Below, piece after piece: positions 30,682 to 44,538 of a stretch of DNA of 64,000 nt. The DNA lies in assembly GCA_012295275.1 (NCBI GenBank), contig CM022665.1, forward strand, positions 44,020,001 to 44,084,000, given 5' to 3'. The first letter of the stretch is position 1, and each line of letters begins with the position of its first letter. Below the pieces are notes generated by a model, which did not search any database, was not told the origin of the DNA, and saw only the letters and a list, made by a program, of their open reading frames with translations. This DNA is from Chrysomallon squamiferum. Its lineage: Eukaryota; Animalia; Mollusca. Both the position numbers and the translations under genes were made by a program.

Positions 30682-30825
30682 CATAGTGTTAAACGTTTCT
30701 AATCAGAAACCCAATTTATCGGTATCAGGATTTGATGCTGGTACCTCCTGATCCTGAACCTCATAATAATCATTGACTATGCGAGTTCAGTAGATATTTA
30801 ACAGCTGCACTGTTGTTCTTAGGTC

Positions 30826-30896
30826 ACAAGCCATGGTATGGGCTGTGCTGCGTACGGGAATAAAGATATAAAACCATTCGAAGCTAATGAAAAAAT
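30826..30896 (+). mobile_element. Possible decayed MetaSINE central-domain fragment
   Basis: gccatggtatgggctgtgctgcgtacgggaataaagatataaaa...gctaatgaaaaa resembles my recollection of the Meta domain (gccgtggtatgtgctatcctgtctgtggg...atataaaaga...ctaat). Not verified by search. Confidence 0.3.
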
Positions 30897-31169
30897 TATT
30901 ATGGGTGTTTTGTGAAAAGAGTGTGTATCAGAGATATATCGATGATTGAAGATTAATCACTAAGCTTTGCTGGTTAACTTGCTATCAGGTTTTCTGGGAG
31001 ATTTAAACACCGCTTTGATCCTGTATATGATTACAAATTACTTTTCGTTTCATTTTGATCACATCATTTGTCCATCGCTTACAGAATGCGATGGATTTTT
31101 CTCACGTAAGTGTTTGCATCGTGATCCGCGTTCGTTTACAAAGTGCTTTACAATTTTTATCACGGGATT

Positions 31170-31918
31170 CTTTACCGCAGTTATCCGGTATACGTTTACA
31201 AAGAACGCTGGATCTTAATCGCGGACCTGTTTACCGCAATTATCCGGTATACGTTTACAAAGAATGTTGGATCTTAATCGCGGACCTGTTTACCAAAATT
31301 ATCCGGTATACGTTTACAAAGAATGTTGGATCTTAATCGCGGACCTGTTTACCGCAATTATCCGGTATACGTTTACAAACAACGCTGGATCTTAATCGCG
31401 GACCTGTTTACCGCAATGATCCGGTATACGTTTACAAACAACGCTGGATCTTTATCTCGGACTTGTTTACCGCAATTATCCGGTATACGTTTACAAACAA
31501 CGCTGGATCTTAATCGCAGACCTGTTTTTATCCCGCAAAGAAATTATCCGGTTTACCGAAATTATCCGGTATACGTTTACAAACAACGCTGGATCTTAAT
31601 CGCGGACCTGTTTACCGCAATTATCCGGTATACGTTTACAAACAACGCTGGATCTTAATCGCAGACCTGTTTACCGCAATTATCCGGTATACGTTTACAA
31701 ACAACGCTGGATCTTAATCGCGGACCTGTTTACCGCAATTATCCGGTATACGTTTACAAACAACGCTGGATCTTAATCGCGGACCTGTTTACCGCAGTGA
31801 TCCGGTATGTTTACAAACAACGCTGGATCTTAATCGCGACCTGTTTACCGCAATGATCCGGTATACGGTTACAAACAACGCTGGATCTTAATCGCGGACC
31901 TGTTTACCGCAATGATCC
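31170..31918. repeat. 59-bp minisatellite, ~12 highly similar copies
   Basis: Unit ggatcttaatcgcggacctgtttaccgcaattatccggtatacgtttacaaacaacgct. ggatct occurs at 31210, 31269, 31328, 31387 and 31446, with one insertion near 31530-31560. Confidence 0.97.
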
Positions 31919-32224
31919 GATCACGCGGCACATTGACTCGCAGGGCACAATAATTCACGGCGCCATACATCTCATCCGAGTTTGCACTTTTATTGTTCTC
32001 GCGAGATGCTATCTTGCTTCATAATTCTGGCAACAAGATTAAAACCACCATCATGCCATCAATCAAGGCTCCAACAACGCCAGCAAGACGCGGAGGTAAT
32101 GGAAAGGAGAGGCGCGTCTTATCAGTTAGAAAAAATAAGATTAACAACAGCAAACTGAACTTCAGAGCGATCGTCTGCTGTCTGTCTGTCTGTCTGTTTG
32201 GCTGGTAATAATACTGTCTTGATG

Positions 32225-32425
32225 ACTGGCAGGTCGTGGGATCGCATCCAGGTGTCCGAGACTCTCTGTGTGTGTGTGTAAAAAGGTAACCGACAAAAAA
32301 ATGTGAGATCGTTATATTCTCACTTTCTTAAGTATATTAGTGTTAGGATTAATCTGATTTAAGAGTTTAGTGCCAGTTACTGTAGCGTCTGGACAGGTCT
32401 GTCGAACTTGAACCATAAGTGATAC
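32225..32425 (+). mobile_element. Possible older copy of the same SINE-like family
   Basis: Head ctggcaggtcgtgggatcgcatccaggtgtccg has a degenerate B box. cttgaaccataagtga at ~32407 resembles the reverse complement of 35667-35684 (gcttgaaccttcagtgaa). Confidence 0.35.
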
Positions 32426-33014
32426 AATATATTTAAATGATTGTTTGATAGCTTCAAACATACACACACACACACAGACAGATATATATATACTGAATTA
32501 TGCATATATTATGAAATAATTGTTAGCGAGTCCAAAAATACCTACACAAACCATTCGAGCTGTTAAATTGAATTAGTTCGTAAAACTGATTGCAGTGGAT
32601 ATTGTGCCTTACATATATCAAAAACAATGATTCTGCTGTTAAAATTACTCATGTATGGATGAGCACGCAAAATTACGCGATCGTATCGAATCATTGCGCA
32701 TTACGCTCAGTGTTGCGCGTTACGCACACACCTACGTGAATGGGCTGCCTGGCAAAGCGTTACAAGAAGCGTATTGCGCCCACAGATCGCGAACGAAGAT
32801 AACGTAATGGCGTCGCTAATCGGCTGTGCATTTAACGACCTTCGAGCGAATCGATTAAACAGCGCAAGACAGATTGCCTGAAAATATTCAATGAAAGCCC
32901 GATTTCTGCTCCCGTTTGGAAAAGTGGATTAGTGTACAAACCGAGATCTGGCGAATATTCCGCCGGGAGCCGCTTGTGTGATCGAATCATGCCTCAGTTA
33001 ATCATGCTTCGATG

Positions 33015-33475
33015 TCCAGTCTAACAAATAGTTTTATAATTTGTGACTATCTGACCGGTTACAGGCGTTCGGTGACGAACTGTTTTAAAATCGCCGGTCT
33101 CTAGTTTTATTAATTTAACTATCTGACCGGTTACAGGCATTTTAAAAACTGTCACTCTAATGCATACAATAACCTATGATCACATTCTTAAATACACAGT
33201 TGATTGTGACCAGTCTAACAAATAGTTTTATAATTTTGACTATCTGACCGGTTACAGGCGTTTTAAAAACTGTCAGTCTAATGCATACAAAGACCTATGA
33301 TCACATTCTTAAATACACATCTGATGGCGACCAGTCTAACAAATAGTTTTATAATCTGACTATCTGACCGGTTACGGGCGATTTAAAAACTAAGATCTAT
33401 GATCACATTATTAAATGCACGGTGGCTGACACTGATCGTGTCCGGTCTAACAGACAGTTTTATAATTTCGCTATC
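33015..33475. repeat. ~120-bp tandem repeat, 3-4 copies
   Basis: tatctgaccggttac at 33047, 33120, 33241 and 33361; cagtctaacaaatagttttataat and tatgatcacatt are also repeated. Confidence 0.9.
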
Positions 33476-33625
33476 ACTTCGGCTAACGACTTTCGACGAA
33501 AAGTTGTTTGAGTTGTCGATCTCACGCCTAAAAGAACCCGGGATCGCTTCTTTGTATCGGTTGTTGTCAACGCTTGTTAAATGGTTTTGGCATGTTCAGT
33601 TTAAAAAAAAAAAAAAAAAAAAAAA

Positions 33626-33693
<68 letters not shown>

Positions 33694-33943
33694 TAATAGA
33701 AACATAGCTTTATAACCATCTGTTTTGTTGATATAAAAAATGTCATTTTATGTATGTGTGATATTACGTGTGTGTAATGTATCATTTGTATGTATATGAA
33801 TATGTACAAACACACACACACACAAACACACACATGTACAGATAGGTAGATAGACAGATATATCTATCTTTTTATTTCATGGACATGATATTTCTATATT
33901 ATTATCATTGTTGTTGTTGTTATCACCATCTTCATTATTATTA

Positions 33944-33986
<43 letters not shown>

Positions 33987-34042
33987 CATCATCATTACCA
34001 TTATCTTACTGTTATTATTATTATCACCATCTTCATTTATTA

Positions 34043-34076
<34 letters not shown>

Positions 34077-35285
34077 TACTACTATTATTATTATTACTAT
34101 TATTACTATCATCATCATTATAATTACTATTACTCTTTTCGTTGTTGTTGATGTTGTTTATTTTGTCGCTTTTTGTTATTCTTTTTCATAATATCAAATA
34201 AAATATCTGTCATTTTTCTGACAATCTAGATTATTATTTCGCTCTGAATGTGGGAGACCACGTTAAACAAATAAAATTAAAATTTTCATTTCGACATTTA
34301 TTAGCCCTGTGTGTATTGATTTTAATTTTATTACCTTTTCACTGACAGCATGAATAAAACTTTCTGAAATTGTAATTGATCATTATTGTTTATTATAATA
34401 ATTATTATTATTACTACGTTTTAAATTTAATCTCTTTCGCTCCTCCCCTTTCTGTCAATCAGTCAATCTCTGAATAGCGGCTGACAATGAATATTAATTG
34501 CTACCCAACACATTAATTCGTAGTAACGCTACGAACATTGTGAACTACACGCATGCGTATTTATCTATCTCTGTTATTGTTTGTATATAGTAACAACTGT
34601 GTATATTCATCATACATCACTATAGAAAAGTACAAAAGTAGGTTAATGGCCGGAAGCTATTTATGGAGATACACTGGTGCACTTTCATTGTGTTACGATT
34701 ACATCTACTCCAGTAATAAAGTATGCGATTGACTGGTTACAATTCCATTGATAAAATTAAAGTACTCAGCGAGTTTTATAATCGACTGTAAGAAGAAATT
34801 TAGGGCACAAAATTGTCGTAAATAATATTCGTCTTCTTGTAATCAGTTCGTAAATGTCTGTAAGTGGACTGCAAAAGGATTCTTTAACATTTATTGTTAC
34901 TGAAACCATTCCTGAGATAGATAGATAAATAAATAGATAATTAAATAAATAAATAAATAACGAGCATAACAACAAAGACAACAATTCTGCTACTACTGCT
35001 ATGTATATTCCTTTTCATTACTTCGTTAATATCTTTTTTCTTCTTTTTCTTCTTTCTTTCTTTATTTCCTCATTTTATTCGTTAAATTATTCTTCCTTGT
35101 ATACATTTGTCAGGTTTTGCTTTTGGTTTTGTTTTATTTTTTTTAATATTCTAGTTCGTGTTGATAGTGTATGATATCATCACTGTTTCAAGCTTTGTTG
35201 TTTTTAAAAATAAATCTTTCGTACAGCAACAACGCGGAAGTATTTAAACAATTTTACATTCTTGTCAGTTAACAGACGACAGTGA

Positions 35286-35338
<53 letters not shown>

Positions 35339-35649
35339 ATAATAAAACTAAAAATTAAAAAAACAAAAACTTTTCTACAACTTATTTTACATCTTACATA
35401 AACATACATCAGTAATGACGTCATGTTTATTTTAAAATCGTCACAATTTTCACACGCCAGTCAGCTTTGTTACAGGTCCACGTTTCATTTATTTACTTAT
35501 TTATTTATTTATTTATTTATTTACTTATTTCCTTTCTTTCATTCTTTCTTTCTTTCTGTCTTTTTCCTTCCTTTTTTTCTTTCTTTATTTATTTTCTTTC
35601 TTTCTTTACTTATTTGTTTATTTATTTACTATGTTCAGTCAGTCGATCA

Positions 35650-35855
35650 TTTGAAATGTGCTTAGATTCACTGAAGGTTCAAGCAAATCAGTCGCGGTCA
35701 CAATGATGAATCTACGCAGTTATTAGTGTGCTAGTGATTTAGTGAGAGTGAAGAGCTATGTAGTTTTAAACCTCTTCACTCACTTATAAGCAACAGTCGG
35801 TACTGGGATTCGAACACTGTACCTACTATTCTTCAAGTTTAGTAACTGTGCCACA
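35650..35855 (-). mobile_element. Decayed tRNA-derived SINE-like element
   Basis: The minus strand reads gtggcacagtt (A-box-like) followed by ggtacagtgttcgaatcccagtaccg (B-box GTTCGAATCC). It does not fold as a full tRNA. The 3' extent is estimated from recalled resemblance to gastropod SINEs and is unverified. Confidence 0.6.
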
Positions 35856-36967
35856 GACGTAGTAGTAGTAGTAGTAGAAGAAGAAGAAAGTAGTAATAGT
35901 AGTACTAGTAGTAATAGAAGCAGCAGCAGTAGTAGTAGTTTTTTTTTTTTTTTGTTCTTGTTCATTTATGTATCGACAATACTGTCACAAAATATAACTA
36001 ACATCATCAATATTTTTCATAGCAGTTTCTTTATCTCATGTTATAGATGAAACAAACAAAAAAAAAAAAAAAAAAAGAATGTATGAGGTTAAAAAAAGAT
36101 CAAAAAGGAAATGTCTGGTCTCAAATTACCCTTGTAAAATATGTCTAATATGACATAAGCCTTTTTTTGCGGTTTCTACGCCATGTTGATTATGGTTTTT
36201 GGGGTTTTTTCGCACCGATATCTTCAGTTTTGTTACGCCTCCAAACGTTAGTATTTTTTCCTGTTATTTCTTATGTTATCACTTTGGGTCTCAAGCCACA
36301 CAAATAAACGTGTCTAACGTAAATACATAAACTCATATGGATTCAACTTGGCAGTGGTCTGATTCTGACCTCGATTCGACTGGAGGTTAATTGACTTGGA
36401 TGAAAGAGAGTTCAAATCTGTTTAGTTTACTACGCGATGACATTTGTTTTATTTATTTATATGTATTCTTTTCCAGGACGCAGTAACTGGTGCGTGAGGT
36501 GTGTTGTGTGTGTGTGTGGTGGGGGGGTGTGAGCGATAACTGAGACGGGGAGGGAGGGTAGAAGGAGAAGGCTGGGGGGAGGTGTGAAATTAATTTTATT
36601 ATTAAAATAAATATTTCCAAAATTGAAAAAAAAATAATAATAATAAATAATAATAAAAATAAAAATAAAAATAAAAATAAAAATAAAAATAAAAATAAAA
36701 ATAAAAATAAATAAATAAATAAACAAATAAACAAACAAAATAAATATAAACTCACACACACACATATATGCACTAACTAACTACTTTGGGTTTTCTCCCC
36801 GCACCTCACACAATACAAAGAATGTGTAAATTCCTAATGTAATCTAAAGAATGTTACACTGCTTAAAGAAACAAATCACTTCTCACGTGCCAAAATCTAC
36901 AAGAATTTTCAGTCTAGGAAAAAAGGCTAAGAAAGATGGCGGTCAGTGGTTAGAGTGTTCGCTCCAG

Positions 36968-37022
<55 letters not shown>

Positions 37023-39156
37023 ATATGTATGTATGTATATATATTTTACCCTACTTCATAACGCCATTACCCTATTTCCAGTTCCAACTAGTTATCGTTT
37101 GTTATCCATTGTCGTCGTCTGCATGGGCTCAGAATATAAAATATCACGTAATATCATTAATGTTAAAACATGATATATTATTAACTGTTAATTAATTAAT
37201 TAATTTTTTTCGTTCATTCATGCTAATATAAAAATTCTCGAATATCTATGTAATTATCTCTGTCTCTTACATATATGTATATATATAGATAGATAGATAA
37301 ATAGATATATATATATATAAAACTCTATTACCAAAGCCATCATCCTGTTTGAACGAAACTAATGTTAATTAAAAGCTGTTTTTATCAGAAACTCATTTCG
37401 GTACATTTATTTATGTCTTTATTACATAAACTACAGTAACCATCACATCGAAATTTCTTCTACATGTTCGATCAGGTGCGTGTATATGTTGTGTGTATGT
37501 AGTACGTACGTATCTGCATATATATGTATGTATGTATGTATGTGTCTATGTATGTATGTATGTATGTATGTATGTATGTATGTATGTATGTATGTATGTA
37601 TGTTTGTATGTATGTGCATATGTATGTATGTATATATGTATGTATTTATGTATGTATGTATTTATGTATGTACAGACTTTGAACATATATTTTGTACACA
37701 GACCTCAACATAGTACTGATATTTTATGAGGCATATCTACATGCTATGAAAATTCTATAAACATTACTGCTAGATTTCTACTTTTTATGTGACATTATCA
37801 TCAAAGATGTAGGAAGATTTTTATTAACCTCATAATCTTTGGACAAAAACCAAGATTTCGACAGTACAATTATTCTGGCCATTATTTGGCATTCTATCAC
37901 GATTTCTACAGTATATTATTTTAGACACTATTTATCATTAGATCATTATTACCATCAAGATTTCTGCAGTATATTTAGTTCTGTCAACATTTATCATTAG
38001 ATTTGCATTTTAAGGGAAATTTCCTCTGTGCAGTATTTTGCGAATGTCAAGAACCAGACACTAAAAGAATGTTCAATATATCTGATATATATATATATAT
38101 ATATATATGTTACGAGGGAGACAACGTCTGCAAGCGTCAGCCAATATCAACGCGAGGCGGCAGTGATGATGGAGTAGGTCAAAAAAAAAAAAGAAAGAAA
38201 GAAAAAAGAAAGAAGAAAAAAATGGTCAGAGTTAAAGATAACTTGGTTAAGAAAGCAGTTCATTGTACTTGATAGATCGGCTTGTCGAACATCCTTTGTG
38301 AAAATCAGTCTCACTCCAGCTGTTGCGAAGACGTGACGGGATCCGTCGTAGCTGCGGTGGTGGAGGTCGTTGTAGCCGCGATGGAGGTCGTGAAGGCTGC
38401 GGTGGTACTGACAGAAGTCGTGGTAACTGTCACTGCGGTGACTGATGTCGTGGTACTCACGTTGGTTTGGGGAGGGGAAATCAAGACTGAAGTCGTGACA
38501 GTTGTAGTAGTAGTAGTGACGACGGTTGTGATCGTGGTAGTTGTGGTTTGTTTTTTTGAATGTCCTGGTCGATGCTTTGGTGTTGTTTGAGATCGCGTCA
38601 GCTGCTATGACGGTTGAGGCAGTGGTAGTTGCGAAGGTGTTGAAGTCGTGGTTGTTGTGTCGATGATGATGATGGAGGACGTTGTTGTAGCTAAAAATCC
38701 AGGCATGAACATCGTGGTTAATAGCTGTTGGTGGATATAGTCGTGGCTGTCTTCGTCGTGGTAGACAACGTCGTGGTAGTCAACGTCGTGGTAATCGTCG
38801 TCGTGGCAGACGTCGTGCCGTGGTGATCGTCGCCTTTAAGAATCAGGTCATGTTGCCTATCGCTCTTTTAACAGACAGCGAGATTAACTTAGTTCTGCAC
38901 AACTGTCACATCGTTGTCTCATCTCATTCGTAACTCTCGAGTAACTCTGCAACCCTGGCCGTCGTCGTAGCTTTGATGATGATGTTGTAGACCGCTGTGA
39001 TGAGGTCGTGATTTAAAAATAAAATGTAGTCTATGGGCATTCTCATAACTTTATGATGATAATGATGATTATTATTATTGTTGTTGTTGTCGTGGTTATT
39101 GTCTCATCATCGTCGTCATCATCATTATTATTGTTGTTATTATTATCATCATCATC

Positions 39157-39188
<32 letters not shown>

Positions 39189-40122
39189 TACAATCATCAA
39201 CCCCATCATCATGTAGAAACGCGAATGGACGATCCAAACACATTTTTCTTTTTTTTTTAACACCCACCCCCCAACAAATAAAGAGCTGCCCCTTAAGTAA
39301 TTATGGATTCGCCCCTTGTGTAGAAAGCGCGTTTAAAGAAGAAGAAGAAGAAAGAAAGAAGTGGGTGGGGTGGTGTTTTCAAAACAGATTACACCGAGAC
39401 GAATCAAGGCTTTGAACCTTGTGTTGCCAGTTACGTCTCTCGTAAGTGTATACTGTTGTAATGCAAGTTATTTGTTACACACTCCCACCCTCGGTACTCG
39501 TGTATCGTTTAGTGAGTTATTTGTTGTATTTCTCGCTTCTGTTCACCCGCCCATCAGTTTATCCTTTACGTGTAACCCTTCACTCGCATAAAGACACTTA
39601 CTGATATACAGATACGTGTAAACACACAATACACATACATACATACATACAGAGATACATACATGTATACAGAGATACATGAATAAATACAGATAAACAC
39701 ATGTATACGTACACAGAGAGGCATACATATATACACATACATAGAGGCACATACAAACACACATATAATATATACATATGTGCAGGCAGGTAGGCTGATA
39801 CACAGAGATATATATATATATACATGCAAACGAACACACTCATATATTCATATATACATATATATACATACTAAGACATAGGTACGTACATACATACAGA
39901 CACGCAGAGTTGCATAGACATGCATATAGACAAACATATAGGAATGCGTGTTTGTGTGTGTGTGTGTGTGTGTGTGTGGAGTGTGTCTGTACAGAAACAT
40001 ACATACACGTACAAAGACACACACACAAACATACATACATACATACATATGCACATTCATACAAACATACAACCATACATACATATGCACATACATATAA
40101 ACACACACATACATATAAACAC

Positions 40123-40155
<33 letters not shown>

Positions 40156-40809
40156 AATTTACATAACCCAGCAATACACACGTACAAATGCATCATCTCA
40201 AACTTAAGCAAAAACGTATTGCCTGTCTATTCATACCCCAAATTGTCTGTCTTACTGTTTCATCCATCCACTAATAAGCCTAATCTAATCTACGGTGTGT
40301 CTGCTTCCACAATATAATAACCGTCATCACTATAAATCTTTCGAAAAGATGGGTGGAGTGAATTAAAAAAAAAAAAAAAAAAAAAAACGTGCGCACGCGG
40401 TGTCTATGAATTACATTTAATTACGTGAACGCCAAAACGCTTCAGCGTAAAGTGATACAGGATAGCGCATGCGCGTGTTAGTCTCACTTGTCTTTCTCTT
40501 TTTCTCTCTCTCTCTCACTGCAAGTTGAGATAACAACTCGATAAGAGGTGCAGCAGCTCAAGAGGAAGTCCATTCTGCCTCTTTGATAAGAAGCAGGGCA
40601 CGCCAGATGTCATCGAAGTAATGCAATCCTAAATATATCATATATATATATATATATCAAAGTGTGTGTGTGTGTCTATATGTATATTGTGTATATGTAT
40701 ATACTGACATATAAACATGTATACATACATAGACATATACATACATACAATACATAATACATACATACATACGTACATACATACATAAATTCATACATAC
40801 ATATACATA

Positions 40810-40852
<43 letters not shown>

Positions 40853-40902
40853 GTAGTAATGTTAAATGAAAAGCAGTACTAAATATATCGTGCATGTGTG
40901 AC

Positions 40903-40982
<80 letters not shown>

Positions 40983-41212
40983 GTGAACGCTCCTGTGATT
41001 GTATATTTAGTATTGCCTTTCATTAAATTTGTTTCTCCCACTAGATAGTTAGTTGAAAGACAATACTAATATCTCACACATATATACAGTAGAGGCGTCA
41101 GTCTTGTTACAGTAATCATCTTTATCATCATTATCATCATAACAATGATAATAATAATAATGATGATGATGATTGTGATGATGATAATAACAATGATAAT
41201 GATGATGATAAC

Positions 41213-41301
<89 letters not shown>

Positions 41302-41305
41302 GAAC

Positions 41306-41349
<44 letters not shown>

Positions 41350-42209
41350 TAATAATAATATCAATTCCGTATTGCTTTCACTGTCAAAATCGAAACCGTT
41401 AGACTTTGTCCAAAATCAACTGTGCTAGCATTAAGATAATGATAATGGTCTCCATTATGTACTTATTATCATTATTAAATAAACACACCGCACTCCGTGC
41501 AATTTGTTTAGTCTAACGGAAGATCCATCATGTTTCTAGATACCTGCATAATTTGATTTAGGCTTTCCTATCTTTGTCAATATAATTACAATGAATTCTC
41601 TATCTCGTATCAGTCAATGTTTGTACGTAAAACAGGAAGTGGGGGGAAAACAGGGGAGATAATTTAAAGAGCAGACGAAGAGAGAAAGACGGAAAGAGAC
41701 GATTTTGGCCGGCAGGAAGAAGAAGAAGAAGAAGAAAAAGAACAACAACTAGAAGAAGAAGAAAATAGAAACAATCAAAGAGAAGAAAATAAACGAATCA
41801 ATTAGTTGTTTTTTTTTTTGTTTGTTTTTTTTTTTTTTTTTATCAATAAAACTTCATTATTTATATTTCCTGCTGATTTCACCCGTTTTTTTGGTTTCGA
41901 GTGCAATTTCTGTTTTTTTTTCTTAAATTATTTACATAGATAAAAAGAAAAAAGATAATTATTTCTTGAGAAGTTAAGTAGCTATGTCTTAATTTTATGT
42001 ATTTATTTTCGTTGTCTTTTTTCTTTTCTTTAAGTCCGGTATCGTCACGTTCTGACACTAAGCAAAGTGTGACGTCATGCTCGAAGATTTTCTGTTCATC
42101 TTGAAAGGACTGGAGAGCTGTCTCCTTGTAAAAATAACACAAAGGTGATTCATTCAAAAAAATTTAGGAGTTATTTTCAGAAATACGAGAAAAACGCATG
42201 GTGATCACC

Positions 42210-42274
<65 letters not shown>

Positions 42275-42952
42275 ATGGTGTATCTTTATAAACACTTAAT
42301 TATTATTATTATTATTATTAAAAATTAATAATACGTTTTTATTAGCAAACTGATATGGCTGGGCGAGATGCGATTTCATTAAACTGCTAACTAAATTATT
42401 TTATCTCCAACTGAGTTTTTATATGCAATTACAATTAGTTTTCTTCCAGAACCATCCTCGATTCGAGCCCCAGTTCTAAGCTGATATTAATTAATGCAGT
42501 CGTTTTAACTAAAACAAATGAGTTTATCGAAACAAGTACTATTGAATTATCGAGACAAACACGCAGCTTTTTTTATTTTTTTATTATTATTATTTATTAT
42601 TATTATTTTTTTTTTTTTATCGATACTAAACCACTATACTTATCGAGACCACTAATATCGAAAATAAATTAATAATAATAATTATTTTATTTTATTTTAT
42701 TTTATTATTTTTTTCTTTTCTTTCCTTTTACTGTAAAGATCGAAATATAATCAAAGGAATTCCTGGATCACGTTATTAAATGTAACTGACCCGTGGCTTG
42801 GCAGAAATCGCCTCGTTATGACGCATCAAAACCAAGCGCGGGTTCGTTCAGAAATACTTTTGTCTGCAACCCCTACCCCCCCACCACCACCCTACCTCTA
42901 AAACGTATCTATTTTATGATACGTCATCGTTGTGTTAATGCTGAGCCGAACA

Positions 42953-43003
<51 letters not shown>

Positions 43004-43156
43004 CCCTCGGCATTTTTCATGTTTCAAGGAAGTAAATCAATGCAGCAGATTTTCTGTCCAGATTCTAATATGCTAAGCTATTTTGGGAACTGGAGCATTA
43101 GTCCTGCGAAATGTCGCTAAATGCGGTTTTTTTGCGTAACTCTGGTGTGGTCGAGT

Positions 43157-43189
<33 letters not shown>

Positions 43190-43746
43190 GTCAGACATTA
43201 TTTTTGTCCCTTCATCAGCATGTTTTGACCTTTTTCTTTTTTTTTTTTTTTTTTTTTTCGTGTATCGATGATAACGAATTTAGAAAAACTTGCTAAAAAT
43301 AAGGAGGAAAAAAAAAATCATTAATATTGCGAAATGAAACCAAATAACTAATCCGTTGCGGAAATAAAAAGAAAAGAAAATGTAAAAAGGAGGGGAGAGA
43401 GAGAGAGAGAAATGGAGGGAAATAATTCTGCTTTTATATTATATAGGGTGTAGAAAATAGATATATATATATATAATGAGAGAGAAAAAAGAGAGAGAGA
43501 AACCAAGAGAAGAGAGAGAGAGAGAGAGCCCAGAATAAAAAAAAAAAAATAAAATATAATAATAATTTTGTTAACATCAACAACAACAACAACAACAATA
43601 ATTTTAATTAATATTAATAAAAGAAAACAAAAATTAACTAAAACCAACGAAACGATCATTTTAGACGCCCAACAATTTATATTTTGTTAACTTTACAGTC
43701 ATACAATATTTTAAATTAATTTTTCAACATATAATTATCGTACATC

Positions 43747-43801
<55 letters not shown>

Positions 43802-44461
43802 TGTGTGTACGTGAACCGTTAATCGAAACTATAAACACAAATAACCAATCATTACCACTGAGAATGGAACTGTTTGGAAACACCGGCCGAACGCAGATAG
43901 ATAGATAGATAGACAGATAATTAAATAAATAACGGTACGAAGGGAGGCGCTTCACGGTGACAGTTGATTCTGTTAACGATGGGCAACACGTGTCAGGAAT
44001 GCAGAGCTTGATTATGTCTCCATTCCGCCGCAACCATCATTCCACACAGCCAGAAAGACGTGGCTTTCTCCTCGCTCAGACTCCGTTGTAACAAAACCGC
44101 TTAACTGCGAGTGCACCACCGATTCAGAAGACAGGGAGGAATTTTAAAAATGTTTTGAACACACATTTTGCTGCTGGGCCCGTTTTGGGCTGTGGTGGTG
44201 GTGGTGGTGGTGGTGGTGGTGATGATGACGTTTCGTTCATTCATTCCGCGTTTTATTCCGCATCTTGATCTTTCGTTTTTTTTGCTTTGCCGTTTCTGTC
44301 CTGTCTTGTGTTTTCGGATTTTATCATTTCTCTGTGTCATTCAGTTTTTGTTTGTGTTGTTTGTATTTCCTAAGTGCTCTCTCTCTCTCTGTCTGTCTGT
44401 CCGTCTGTCTCTCTCTCACGTTATCTCTCTTTCTGACTTGTATTTTCTCTCTTTCCCCTTT

Positions 44462-44538
<77 letters not shown>

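Noticed and set aside
31170-31918. CRISPR array or repeat-protein ORFs (31055-31658)
   Set aside because: The 59-bp unit has no spacers and is not a multiple of 3, so the ORFs cycle through frames and stop.
35795-35855. tRNA gene
   Set aside because: A and B boxes are present, but there is no acceptor stem or anticodon arm, so it is better explained as a SINE head.
36935-36970. tRNA/SINE A-box-like tggcggtcagtggttagagtg
   Set aside because: No B box follows because it runs into (AT)n; too short to call.
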